Source: Tubiluchus corallicola | Taxonomy: Eukaryota; Animalia; Priapulida | Assembly (NCBI GenBank): GCA_030141605.1 | Contig: JAQGDQ010000130.1 | Span: 487,273 to 551,272 of the forward strand | DNA: 64,000 bases | Direction: 5' to 3' | Shown: positions 42,600-55,779 of the stretch, piece after piece | How the letters are laid out: each line of letters opens with the position of its first letter | Numbering within the stretch: position 1 is the first letter of the stretch | Notes under the pieces: generated by a model | What the model saw: the letters and a program-made list of their open reading frames with translations, nothing else | Databases searched by the model: none | Told to the model about the DNA's origin: nothing | Translations under genes and position numbers: made by a program

Positions 42600-45500
42600 T
42601 AACAACGAGAAAATACCTGTAACAAGGAAGTGATAAAAGATTAAAATAAACAAGTTTTACAAAAAAATTATAAAAAAATAAATAGAATATTCGAAATGGG
42701 TGTAGGATTTTAGGTTGTAAAAGCTTACATTATAGTAAGGGTTTAGTTTGACTTTAATTCGTACGAGTATTAAAAATAAAAATTTTCTCAACAAAGTTAC
42801 GTAAAGTAACATTAATAACTCTTTACGCAATTGTATCTAGATTTTATATGCATACTAAATGATTCCTATTTTGAAAAGCTGATTCCAGAAAAGCTACGAT
42901 AATCTTGCATAATTCGAAATCTTCGGTTCAATTAAATATAGCCAAGGACCTTGATAAAACTGACAATCATCTGCAAAGGCCCGCAAAGTCAACATGGGAA
43001 TTCCTAGATTTATCGAGGACCTAGCTATATACAAAAATAACGACAACAAATGTATTAAAACAAATGTCTGCCCAGTTTGGTACTTTGTATTTCTAAAATG
43101 TAAAGTTTGGACGCTAAGACTGGCAAAATCCTACAGGAATTTGCTAGCAGGTCTTCCAATGCAGTTGGAAGACCAGATGGACACTTAGCATCTGTCTTTA
43201 GCGTGAATTTACAGCGGATCGTCCTGAAATTTCACACAAATGTACTAGAACGAATTCTGCATCAATTGACGGAGTCGGATTTTCGATCCAGCATTTCGAA
43301 TTCAAGATTGCAGCGATAACATCATTTCCAAAAAAGTGTAAAGGTCAATTCGCAATGGATCGTCATAAAACTCTGCAGAAGCGAATTTTCTTCGATTTGC
43401 CATCTTAAGTTCAAGGTCACTGCACCGACATCACTTCTAATCCGCGATCTTGCGTTCAGCGATTCTCTCGGCCGATAGTTCGAGTCGATGTCGTTTACGA
43501 CAGCTGGCTTGTCTAGACGTGTTTGTAGTGGTGTGTGTAGTATGTTTGGTAATAGCCATACGTTTCGAGTGCTTGTGTTGTGTTACACACTGTATTGATT
43601 TTTTTCAAAGACTCAAGAATGATTTCGTCTACATTCGTTGAATTTGGAATGATTAAGTTATATATTACTACATCACCTTTCTCTATTACTTACCTTATCT
43701 TATAGTGAATTACCTTACCTTACGAAATCTACCTTCCCTTACCTTACTTTACTACGTTAACTTAACTTTACCTAACGTTTCTCATAAGGTAACTACAACC
43801 TAACGTAGCATCCCTTTTCCTTTTCAGTCCTTCGTAACACAATGTCATACTTATGGATCACACAAGCTTTTTTAAGTATAAGGTCCTGTGGCCTTGACCT
43901 TTGACCTTGCTACTTCAAAATTGATAGGGTTCATTCTCTATTGATTGGTGACTTGCACCCGAAAAGCGAAAACATTGCATCACTTATTATTTGGGCTTAA
44001 AATGCATCCTCAAGCTTTTTCAAGTGTTGGGTCCCGTCATTCTGAGCTTTGACTGCGGAACCGGCAACAACGGAAGTACTATTCTATCCCCTCTAGCAAT
44101 TTCGTTGCAATGGGTTGAAATTTGCCCACAAAGCCAACTATGAAATAACGAATGGAGGATGGACGAACAGATGTAAGAACGGTGGCGTTTCTTAAACTTA
44201 CCATATCGCCTCTGGCAACTTCTAACAACTAGTATTAAGCATGTTATCTGTAACCTGCAACGTTAGTGAGCAACTCTTAGCCTTCAGGAATTGTGACCAA
44301 CTGATCATGATTCCTAAAGTTGGGAATCGAATTCCACCGAACCATGGAGAGGTGGCTACTCATCTCAGTGTTTTCTATCCTATTTATTAAATCTAAACAG
44401 GTCAATAGATTACAGTAGTTATAACAACGAGAAAATACCTGTAACAAGGAAGTGATAAAAGATTAAAATAAACAAGTTTTACAAAAAAATTATAAAAAAA
44501 TAAATAGAATATTCGAAATGGGTGTAGGATTTTAGGTTGTAAAAGCTTACATTATAGTAAGGGTTTAGTTTGACTTTAATTCGTACGAGTATTAAAAATA
44601 AAAATTTTCTCAACAAAGTTACGTAAAGTAACATTAATAACTCTTTACGCAATTGTATCTAGATTTTATATGCATACTAAATGATTCCTATTTTGAAAAG
44701 CTGATTCCAGAAAAGCTACGATAATCTTGCATAATTCGAAATCTTCGGTTCAATTAAATATAGCCAAGGACCTTGATAAAACTGACAATCATCTGCAAAG
44801 GCCCGCAAAGTCAACATGGGAATTCCTAGATTTATCGAGGACCTAGCTATATACAAAAATAACGACAACAAATGTATTAAAACAAATGTCTGCCCAGTTT
44901 GGTACTTTGTATTTCTAAAATGTAAAGTTTGGACGCTAAGACTGGCAAAATCCTACAGGAATTTGCTAGCAGGTCTTCCAATGCAGTTGGAAGACCAGAT
45001 GGACACTTAGCATCTGTCTTTAGCGTGAATTTACAGCGGATCGTCCTGAAATTTCACACAAATGTACTAGAACGAATTCTGCATCAATTGACGGAGTCGG
45101 ATTTTCGATCCAGCATTTCGAATTCAAGATTGCAGCGATAACATCATTTCCAAAAAAGTGTAAAGGTCAATTCGCAATGGATCGTCATAAAACTCTGCAG
45201 AAGCGAATTTTCTTCGATTTGCCATCTTAAGTTCAAGGTCACTGCACCGACATCACTTCTAATCCGCGATCTTGCGTTCAGCGATTCTCTCGGCCGATAG
45301 TTCGAGTCGATGTCGTTTACGACAGCTGGCTTGTCTAGACGTGTTTGTAGTGGTGTGTGTAGTATGTTTGGTAATAGCCATACGTTTCGAGTGCTTGTGT
45401 TGTGTTACACACTGTATTGATTTTTTTCAAAGACTCAAGAATGATTTCGTCTACATTCGTTGAATTTGGAATGATTAAGTTATATATTACTACATCACCT

Positions 45501-46809
45501 TTCTCTATTACTTACCTTATCTTATAGTGAATTACCTTACCTTACGAAATCTACCTTCCCTTACCTTACTTTACTACGTTAACTTAACTTTACCTAACGT
45601 TTCTCATAAGGTAACTACAACCTAACGTAGCATCCCTTTTCCTTTTCAGTCCTTCGTAACACAATGTCATACTTATGGATCACACAAGCTTTTTTAAGTA
45701 TAAGGTCCTGTGGCCTTGACCTTTGACCTTGCTACTTCAAAATTGATAGGGTTCATTCTCTATTGATTGGTGACTTGCACCCGAAAAGCGAAAACATTGC
45801 ATCACTTATTATTTGGGCTTAAAATGCATCCTCAAGCTTTTTCAAGTGTTGGGTCCCGTCATTCTGAGCTTTGACTGCGGAACCGGCAACAACGGAAGTA
45901 CTATTCTATCCCCTCTAGCAATTTCGTTGCAATGGGTTGAAATTTGCCCACAAAGCCAACTATGAAATAACGAATGGAGGATGGACGAACAGATGTAAGA
46001 ACGGTGGCGTTTCTTAAACTTACCATATCGCCTCTGGCAACTTCTAACAACTAGTATTAAGCATGTTATCTGTAACCTGCAACGTTAGTGAGCAACTCTT
46101 AGCCTTCAGGAATTGTGACCAACTGATCATGATTCCTAAAGTTGGGAATCGAATTCCACCGAACCATGGAGAGGTGGCTACTCATCTCAGTGTTTTCTAT
46201 CCTATTTATTAAATCTAAACAGGTCAATAGATTACAGTAGTTATAACAACGAGAAAATACCTGTAACAAGGAAGTGATAAAAGATTAAAATAAACAAGTT
46301 TTACAAAAAAATTATAAAAAAATAAATAGAATATTCGAAATGGGTGTAGGATTTTAGGTTGTAAAAGCTTACATTATAGTAAGGGTTTAGTTTGACTTTA
46401 ATTCGTACGAGTATTAAAAATAAAAATTTTCTCAACAAAGTTACGTAAAGTAACATTAATAACTCTTTACGCAATTGTATCTAGATTTTATATGCATACT
46501 AAATGATTCCTATTTTGAAAAGCTGATTCCAGAAAAGCTACGATAATCTTGCATAATTCGAAATCTTCGGTTCAATTAAATATAGCCAAGGCCTTGATAA
46601 AACTGACAATCATCTGCAAAGGCCCGCAAAGTCAACATGGGAATTCCTAGATTTATCGAGGACCTAGCTATATACAAAAATAACGACAACAAATGTATTA
46701 AAACAAATGTCTGCCCAGTTTGGTACTTTGTATTTCTAAAATGTAAAGTTTGGACGCTAAGACTGGCAAAATCCTACAGGAATTTGCTAGCAGGTCTTCC
46801 AATGCAGTT
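42600..46809 (+). repeat. Tandem array A-B-A-B-A, 1822-bp period (about 2.3 units)
   Basis: taacaacgag starts at 42600, 44422 and 46244; ORF repeats at 42994/44816/46637; a 1-bp deletion near 46591 in the third A. Confidence 0.97.
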
Positions 46810-48399
46810 CGTGACCGAGTTTTCAATGTAGCATATTCTTTATAGTCACCACTAATGTGCAAACGAATTTGATTGTCCAAATTGGAAACAGAAATGTTGT
46901 TTTCAAATTTTAAGTGCTTCATAATCATTATAGTACATTTGGGATGCGAACGTGTCACCCGTGCGAACTAGATAACGGCTACTGGATTTTCAATGCTTCC
47001 TTAAATCTACACAACGAAAACGTGTATATTTGACAACCAGAATTTCAAAATATATTTTTAGAGATTATCATTGATGGAATGACGGCTTTTCATTTCAAGT
47101 ACTGTGGCTTACAAACCCAGCTAGAACAATAAATACATGACAGTAAATGTAAATTTTGGTGACAATTATGCAGATGCTTTCATCAGGATTTAATACTTCC
47201 TAAATATTGTAGTTTTTTCTGCTTATTGCGAAGTAAATTAATATTGTTTGTGATGCAACCCCCCGCCCCCGTTATTCCATATTGCCTGTACAGCTCTGAT
47301 CTTGCAAGTTTCCATTTTGATCTGAGCCGATAATCATTTGTCTTGCCTATGTTGGCTATGTCTTAATTAATATTATTTTTGACATCTCTATATTGTACAT
47401 TTTGTATAAGATATCGTCGTCTTTGTATTATTGGCTTTTGGAATAAACTCTATACATACACGTGTATCTATAATTTGCGTGCTTTTGAACGTGATTTGTA
47501 GACCACTCCTCAATAACATATCCTGTGAACACGAGCTGTGCCCTAGAAAAATTCTCAGAGTTTGGACAAAAGTGTGTCACTTGTAATTCTTAATGTACTC
47601 TCTGTTGCTATCCGAGGACAGCCTGTCTGTCTATCTGTTGTGTCTGTCTGTCTGTTTGGTTGTTTGTCTGTCAATCTGTCTGTCCGTCTATCTACCTCTT
47701 CATATATATATATGTCTATCTACCTTGCTGTCTATCAAAAATATCTTTTATTGTACGTTTCAAGCATACTTTGTTGTCGTTTTAGCTTGTTGTCGCGAGT
47801 CAAACTCGCATTTTGTGCGTTTCTTCTTTGTCAACATTTTAACGGGCAAATATTATTCTAGGATTGACGAGCAGGGTTAATTTGTATGCCAGGCGAGTTT
47901 CACGAAAAGCTGACTTGTTATTTTATGTAAAATCGGTTGTAAATATTTCATGAAGTCATAGCAAATATTTATTGAGTGCTGTCGCGTTGCAAAATTCGAT
48001 CGAACAGAAAATGAGGAAATAAAAGAAAATGCATAGTTGTAATGCGTTAGCGTGTCTGTCGCCATCTAGCCTGCACCAATAAACGTATTTACTAATCTTG
48101 TTAAAAATCTTATTTAATACAGTTTTTGAAGAGCTATTCTTTAATATTGACGAATTCGAATTTCTGTATTTTAGTGATTTCCCTTGTAACTGGTTAATCG
48201 TGATACCATCAAATGAATTTATTGCACCAACCAAAAAAATTACGTCAAAAATAGAACCAATAAGAAACATACCATCACTGCAGAATATATAACAGTTTCT
48301 CTAGTTAAAAAACATTATTTTAGGCACATTTAACAGTTTGAAAGACTGATAATCTAGCATTAAAGAGTATTGGGTTTTAATAATCTATTTACAATATTT

Positions 48400-50560
48400 T
48401 CATATTAGAGGCAAGAGTGTGGAATTTAAATATCAATACTGTCACGTAATTCAGTTGCATTGTATGCAAAGTTGATTACAATTTTGAAACATTTTTCTGA
48501 CCCAATAAAAATTTAATTTTTTCTTGTTTAGTCAGAACAACAAAAGTAGGCACAAATTGTATATAATTTAGACCTCAAGTCGTTACATAAAGTACAATGT
48601 CATAAAAAAGAAGTTCATCCTCTACTTCCCGGTTTGACATCATACGCAATATTTACATTATACGATTCTCGGCTGGATTTTTTTTGCCTAATGATAATGA
48701 CGTTTTTCAATGCACAATTTATGAGAACTTATTGTAAATTAAGTTCGGACAACAAATAGCTTTCTATTTATATTGGGTTTTAAAGGTTTGTAGGTTCTTA
48801 CTATCTGTCCGTCCTTTCTACCACCATTAAAGAGTTTCGTTTTCCATGAATTTATATAATTGCTCTTTTATTTTTTCTTCGATTATACCATTTAGAGTTT
48901 TTGTGTTAGTAGTGCTTGGATTTCGCCATAAATGGGCAAAACTGAGTTTAGTCAGAATATATTTTACGAATGTAACCAAACAAGTAATTTTCTGATCGTC
49001 AAATGCCCTATTTTCAAGATATGTTTGGGCGATATAAGTGTTATGCGGTTGTTGAATTATATTAAAAGCAAAATCTGAGAATTATTTTAACAATTTTTAT
49101 ACACAGGGGAAATCGTCATAATTCAGCTCTGGTCGCATTTTTGCTAGATTTACTCTTAACATGTGGTAGCCTAAAAAATAACGGAATTCTAAATTGACTT
49201 TCTCGAAATCTAACTTTCAAACTTATTTTATATTGTATTTCTTCTGCTTTTAATTACATGAGCATCCCATATTATAGCGGAATAAAGCATTGTCAGTTCC
49301 GCAGTTTGTTCAAAAATCTTAAGAGCTGTTATCGATTTATTTCATTAGTAATCTTTGTACGGACAATATAATCCTTTGTCGTTTAGTCTATTTGCACATT
49401 GTTTAAATGAACCAGAAGTACAAAAGTCAATAGCTAAGTATAAATAAGTTTGCACAACATTTAATGATTCTTCCTCACAATAAAAATTAAGATTCTTTAT
49501 TTTTCTACCTGTCTTATTAAATATTATTATTTTGGTTTTTTGTTATATACAATCAAGCCCCATTTATTACAACATTTTTCTAACTTATTAATTGAGTACT
49601 GAAGCCCATCTTTAGCAGATAAGGTTTGGACCATGTCATCAGCATAAAGTAAACAGTTAACTTTACTATTATATAAATAAAATTAATTACTAGGAGGGTC
49701 AAAAATTTTTGGTATATCGTCTACAAACAACGAAAAGAGGATGGAACTTAATGGACAACCTTGTTTGATACCTTTATAATAAAAGCCCTGATTCAGTATC
49801 ACAGATATATATATGAATCCGAATACCTGCTTTGTATATTTCTAACGAAGTACCATTTTACAATAGTTTAAAATAAAGTGCTAAACGCCATACCGTATCG
49901 AAAGCTTTACTCAAGTCTACAAAACGGCAGTAAAGTTTTTCTTCTTGCTTATAAACTAGCGTTTTTAACGCAAAGATATGTTCGCTAGTCCTCAACCTTT
50001 TTCTGAATCCTATTTGGCTTTCATGTAAACCATTGTTTTCGGTTAGATATACAATTTCCTTTTTACTTATTATACTTTTCAAATGATTTATCCATGCTTC
50101 AAGTTCGACGGCATCACACTTAATTAGGAAGAGTTTTATTATCTCCATTTAATTGTTTAAATGTGCTCCAAAAAGTCCCAGGAAATTTTTTAACTTCATT
50201 ATCAGTAAACTGGTTTTGTAAGCTTGCTTTTTCTGCCCTTTATACTGAGCTTTTTGTTTAAATTTTTTGTATTATTTTTAGTTTCTTTATAGCACTAACC
50301 CTCAAGGATCCATTAAAGAGGAATTGCTGTAAATTAAGGTGTAGTTGTTTAACCCTATTTTAGCAGCTTTCAATCATTATTAAACCATTTTTGTTGGTCG
50401 ATTGAGCGTATCTGCTTCTTGGGTTCTTGCTAGACTTAAATGATCGGTTTTTGTGAAGAATTTTATTAACATGTTCTACAGCTTTATCAATCCCTTGGAA
50501 GCTGGCATCATAACTGTACTGATTAAATAACGTAATTTTCTGCTGCAAATCCTTATATAT
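48400..50560 (-). mobile_element. Decayed LINE (RTE-X/L2-like) ORF2 with reverse transcriptase motifs
   Basis: ESQIGFRKRLRTSEHIFALKTL, KLYCRFVDLSKAFDTVWR, GIKQGCPLS, CLLYADDMV and NATRAEL*RFPL on the minus strand, with stops and frameshifts. Confidence 0.88.
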
Positions 50561-50666
50561 TAATACTTACTGAAAGCGTTCTCTAATCAAATCATTCCAA
50601 CGAATGTTTTTTATGTGCATCTCGAAAAGTATAAAGAATTTCATGAAAATCAGATGTATAAACTAA

Positions 50667-51130
50667 CGGTGCGCGGTAAAAATGGCACAAGTAAAAATAA
50701 CACAGAAAAAATGGCACGGTAAAATGGTACAGGAAAAAATTGCACAGGAAAAAGTAGCACAGGTAAAAATGGCACAGGAAAAATGGCACAAATGGAAAAG
50801 TAGGTAAAAATGGCACAGCAAAAATGGCACAAATGAAAAAGTAGGAAAAAATGTCGCATGTTATTTTAATGCAATTGATTTCTATAATAAAACTAGAAGG
50901 CGCTCAGTAAGAAGCAAATTTCTGTCAATGCCGAACAATCCTAATGTTATTCGTTTGATTCTTTTGATTGGAAAGAATTATCACAAAGATAAACAAGCAA
51001 ATATACAAAAATGTACATGTATTGGCATTATATAGACTAGCAAAAGACTCACAAAATACTTGTTCATTAAATGGATTTATAATCAATAATGCATGAATGT
51101 TCCACATAGTGTTTATCTACCTTTTTCACC
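50667..51130 (+). mobile_element. Array of ~15-bp GG(T/A)AAAAATGGCACA subrepeats (50667-50857) plus body type 1
   Basis: About 12 subrepeats; body homologous to 35860-36105. Confidence 0.75.
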
Positions 51131-51419
51131 ATTAATTTTGGCGGTGGTAACAGGCTGACAAATACTGAGGTACCAAGTCACCTTATAGGGCTATACACAT
51201 TAATGAGCAAAGGCTATAGACAGCGTTACGCGGTTTTACAAGCGAGATTTTCTCGAAACGGAACCTGGAACTAACTCGTACAGTTAGTGACTCGTAGTTT
51301 CCGGTGATACTACTACTATATCCTAGTGGAGATAATAAAAAAGAAGTACTAAACACTTCCTCTGAGACCTATGAAGTGCTTCATAAAGGTATTTTGTACG
51401 TGGTGTACGTGTCAAGTTT

Positions 51420-51772
51420 TGCGAAAAAAGAATCGGCAAAAAGATGCCCATTTTGGCACTCTACACCCACTTTCCTTCAAAATGTTTCTTGGAAATCTGT
51501 TAGATAGTTTTTGCGTAATAGGCTTGCTGCTATAACAGACAAAAACAACCAAACAAACAGATAAACAAATTGTGTTGAAGCATAACTTCCTTGGCAAAGG
51601 TAAAAATAACTAAAATAATTATACCCCACTGTAACCCTAACCCTAAGCACATATATTACTAAGTGAACCATTTTTCCTGTGCCATTTTAACCTGTGCGCA
51701 CCATTTTTACCTACTTTCCCATTTGTGCCACTTTTTCCTGTGTCATTTTTATCTATGCCATTTTTACTTACA
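51420..51772 (-). mobile_element. AAAAATGGCACA subrepeat array plus body type 2 (HINE-like), inverted
   Basis: tgtgccatttt units at 51668-51770, taaccctaaccctaa, ataacttccttggcaaaggtaaaaat; reverse-complement homolog of 36660-37050. Confidence 0.7.
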
Positions 51773-52233
51773 TTCATAAACAACGTATCTTAAATTTAAA
51801 CTAATTTGGCAATGATCTGATTCAGGAACCTTTTGACAGCATGAGCTGTCGAATGTGTGTAGTTCGTCACAATCTAACACATCTGAACTGAGAGGTACAG
51901 CACCCGTTTTTTGTGAAATGCAGGCGTTAGTGCCCGTCTAACTAGCGAATAGCGAAACGCATGCAACTGCGAAGAACTAGCCGCGGGAACACGAAATTGT
52001 GTTTGTGTGGTAATAATTCTTTCACGTAAGTCATTCTTAAAAAATACTGTTTCCTTTCAATATTTTAATGAGTAGATTGTTTTGACCTACAGTTTAAGAT
52101 TGGGGCTGGTTTTGCTTTAACCTCGATTACTAGATCAACAGTTTGTTTCGTCTGTTATCTAGCGTTCAAAAACAAGTGATTAATATCATAATTGTAAAGT
52201 TTGATGTTAACTACTGTTTTTGTTTATTTGTAG

Positions 52234-52422
52234 CTTACACGTACAAGGACGGAATTCGTGTGGTTCCGGACACGGATGCGTCACAATGGCTACCGTACAG
52301 ATGTGAAATCAGACTAATGAACGGAGAACATTGGTTATATCCTGCTACGAACATGTCCCCATACCATGTGCCTTGCCTCATCAACGATAGTGACATTATT
52401 GGCCCTTGTCGGCTCACACATG
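52234..52422 (+). CDS. Coding exon A (first identified) of spliced FHA-like/armadillo-like protein gene; N-terminal part of FHA-like domain
   Basis: Acceptor tgtttatttgtag|, donor g|gtaag; reads xYTYKDGIRVVPDTDASQWLPYRCEIRLMNGEHWLYPATNMSPYHVPCLINDSDIIGPCRLTHG. The C..IN...I..P..L.HG pattern matches kinesin-3/PHLDB-type FHA domains. It starts in phase 1, so upstream exon(s) exist. Confidence 0.85.
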
Positions 52423-52770
52423 GTAAGAAATTAAGTTAGAACTTACTTAGAAGGTATTTTGGAATTTACTTGTAAGTTGGTAGTCAAATACACTTCAGTT
52501 CAGTATAGTATAAGTAATTTGTACCCGGATGTAGTCCAGCTTATACTAACGCTAAACATTATTAAATCAGAGGTAGATTAACAGAAAGACATGCAAACGA
52601 TGGAAACTGATAAGTGAGTTGATGTTAGTGATGATCTTCAGTGATGACGTATTTGATGTCTGTTATTGTAAACACTGCACACGATTATCCACTTTAGTAT
52701 GCAGTGTTATCTGTACAAAGTGTTATCCGCTTTAAATAAAGCTTTTATTATCTTTATCACTATGATTATG

Positions 52771-52980
<210 letters not shown>

Positions 52981-53579
52981 TAGTAACAGCAAGTAAGTCA
53001 TAATTTTCAAGTGAATGGCGGCTACCACTGCGCCTGAAAGTTTTTGTACAGCGGTAGTATAAATTAACTTAATGTAAATTCATTCGTAATATTTTTCGAT
53101 ATTGACAAGTTTAAGCGATAACAGATGTAATAAACCCAACATACTAAGTGACTTGTCCTTCCCTTTAAATACAGGTTTATTGTCATCAGCATCAATTTTG
53201 TTTATGGAGTTTTCACTTGTTAATTCTGCAAATTATTAATTCCATTTCTTTATAGGAGCTGCTTGCGGCAAGATTGGTATTTATTTAATTATCAAGGTTA
53301 GCGATCAAAAATGGCACACTAGACCGATTGAGATCACAATCCAGCGTTTATAAAATCGTTTCTTAATGAATTGTATAACCCGGAGAATGTAGCCTATGAA
53401 GTTGCCCTGAAGCAATGTTACTACCAGTCACTTATCCATTTACTCGGCATTGCTAATGTTGCCTAACTTTCATTGCAAGGCATACACCATTACCGCTCAG
53501 CTATTTTAAAATAGCAAACGTGGCCTATAATTAGGGTTAATGGCCAGTGACAAACGCTGCTCAAGTTTTACGATTTTAG

Positions 53580-53716
53580 GTTCAACAGTGCAATTAGGAA
53601 GAAGTCTCTTCCGGTTTACACATCCAGCCTCTGCCAGGCGGAAATGGAGAAGCAGCAATCAGTGCTCAGAATTCACATGCAGCTCTCAACATTCCGATAT
53701 TCAATCAAATATAGAG
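53580..53716 (+). CDS. Coding exon B; end of FHA-like domain plus linker
   Basis: cgattttag| acceptor, gag|gtaaag donor. The phase-1 join gives LTHG-STVQLGRSLFRFTHP, the typical FHA C-terminal L.HG..I.LG...FRF.HP motif. Confidence 0.88.
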
Positions 53717-55054
53717 GTAAAGCACAAGTAATCGTGGGTTGAGCATTAGTATCGGTATTGGCGTTACTTATATTCACTTAAATCCAATAATCTAGCTGAC
53801 ACAAATAATTTTTTTTTAATTTAAAATTTTTATTTCAGAATTTCTTCCCTGTAATACAGGAGTTAAAATCGTACAAAATAAAAGACAGCATTATACAAAA
53901 AATTAGTAAAACACACTACCATATACAGCACATACTACCCCCCCCCCCCGAACATTTCATTCGCATTTGCATTACATACAATAAAACATCAGTAATACAA
54001 AGTAACTGTCATAATAAGGTGATGTTAGCCTGTTTAACAGATATAAAATTTTCAATCAGTGCTGGTGAATTTTTGATTGAACTGCATTCACTGTCTACAT
54101 GTTCAGTATCAAAATATTGATATTGCAACTGTTAGATAGCCTGTTTTTCAGTGAGTAAATACGTTTACCGATTATGGCGTCAAAATATCTGATTTGAGTT
54201 ATGACAGCTGAATATGCATATTTAATTATCCTCCAAAGCTTGTAATTATAGTCAAAACTTTCAAATTTTAAGAAATGGTTTGTTATTGTCAGCTATTACA
54301 AAAATTTCGTTTAGGACGTCGTCCAGGGATAACACCTTAAGTAACTCAATATTTATTTTCAAGGTGGCCCCGATTATTATTACCCGCATGTTACTTCGAT
54401 AAACTAGGGTACATAGTCGAACAACCAGCGGTACGATTTTCTAAGTATTTGATAAGACTCAGTCGGGAGTTGCACCCTCGACCTCCCGGTTGGAAAGCTA
54501 GAATGCTGCAATTGAGCTAAGCAGTACACAGTAAGCAGGTGCCGTCAGTGGCTAATAAACTATATAGTCATTAGAATTCTTGAACAAGTTTTTTGTGGAA
54601 CAAAGTTTCAGTAGAACTTTACAGAAGACAAACAGCTCATGGGCATAGTAATTAGGAACAAAAATTTACTGGTGTATTTCCAAGTCTAGAAACGTTTGTC
54701 GCTTGCTTTTGATCAGTAGTTACTGCAGAAAATAATTAGTAACACAAAACCAGTAAAGTTTAAAAACCATGAAAGGTACAGCATACGATTTTAATCCCTT
54801 ATCCTGTTGCAAGATTACTATGTTTCTGCAGTGTCTATTGACCAAAGGCAGACGAAAAACTTTCTGGGACTTATAAATACACCAATAAACATTCATGTTA
54901 TATATATTCATGTTTTAATGACAATTTATATACTTTTAAATTACTTTAAATGTTTACTTACTTTAATTGTTTTGATGAGCTTCGCTTTCTTTTTCTAAAC
55001 TTGGAAGCAATTACTGTGGAGTTCGTGCTCTGGAATACTTTTTCTACTTTTCAG

Positions 55055-55138
55055 GAAAATTCTAATATCCTGTATTCAAACGATTGCGACTGTGATTTTG
55101 ACAACTTTTTACTGGACCAGTTAGCCAGTCCAGACAAG
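55055..55138 (+). CDS. Coding exon C (ENSNILYSNDCDCDFDNFLLDQLASPDK)
   Basis: Strong polypyrimidine acceptor tttttctacttttcag|, donor aag|gtaaga; 84 nt, phase 0-0. Confidence 0.8.
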
Positions 55139-55779
55139 GTAAGAAAAAATGGGTTGAGACTATTTACAGAATTATAAACCCAGTCTCTGTTATCTGCTAA
55201 TTACACTTTGCACATTGACACTTTAAGCAGGGAAAGGATGATCAATTTTAGCTGTTTTGGTGACTCTTGACCTGTAATCAACAATATTTTTTTGCATTTT
55301 CATAGTGTATACTTTGAACATTCGTGTACATATACAGGCTGTGTAAACATGGCTAATATTACACAATGTCGGGCAGAATACAGAAAATTTGTGTACAAAA
55401 ATTTTTGCCCCGGTTAGCGTGATTAAATAATAAAAAACAAAAAGTAAATATGTTTGTAAAATTAGCTATTGTTTCACTTTGTGGCATCAAGTTAAACCTC
55501 ACAATAAACGAGTTCAGAGCATCATTTCACAAAGCATTTTATCATTTCATTTCACCATTTCATGAATTTTATTTTCTTTTTAACTCTAATTTAGCTTTGT
55601 AACCACACTTTTATGTCATATTAATTAGCATATTTCTTTATTTTTCATAATGATTATTTTATAGTTTTTATTTTCATATACTATTGTAAATTGCGCTAAG
55701 AAAAACCTCATTTATGGGGACTGCATATGTAATGTAAAATAAATAAATAAATAACTAAATAAACCAGAAAGCCAAAGTT

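Noticed and set aside
39640-46831. Triplicated 63-70 aa ORFs as a tandem gene family
   Set aside because: They are passive by-products of the DNA duplication; most use non-ATG starts, have no recognisable domain, and one spans the rearrangement junction.
51631-51646. (CCCTAA)2 as an interstitial telomere
   Set aside because: Only about two units, and they are a recurring part of the interspersed element.
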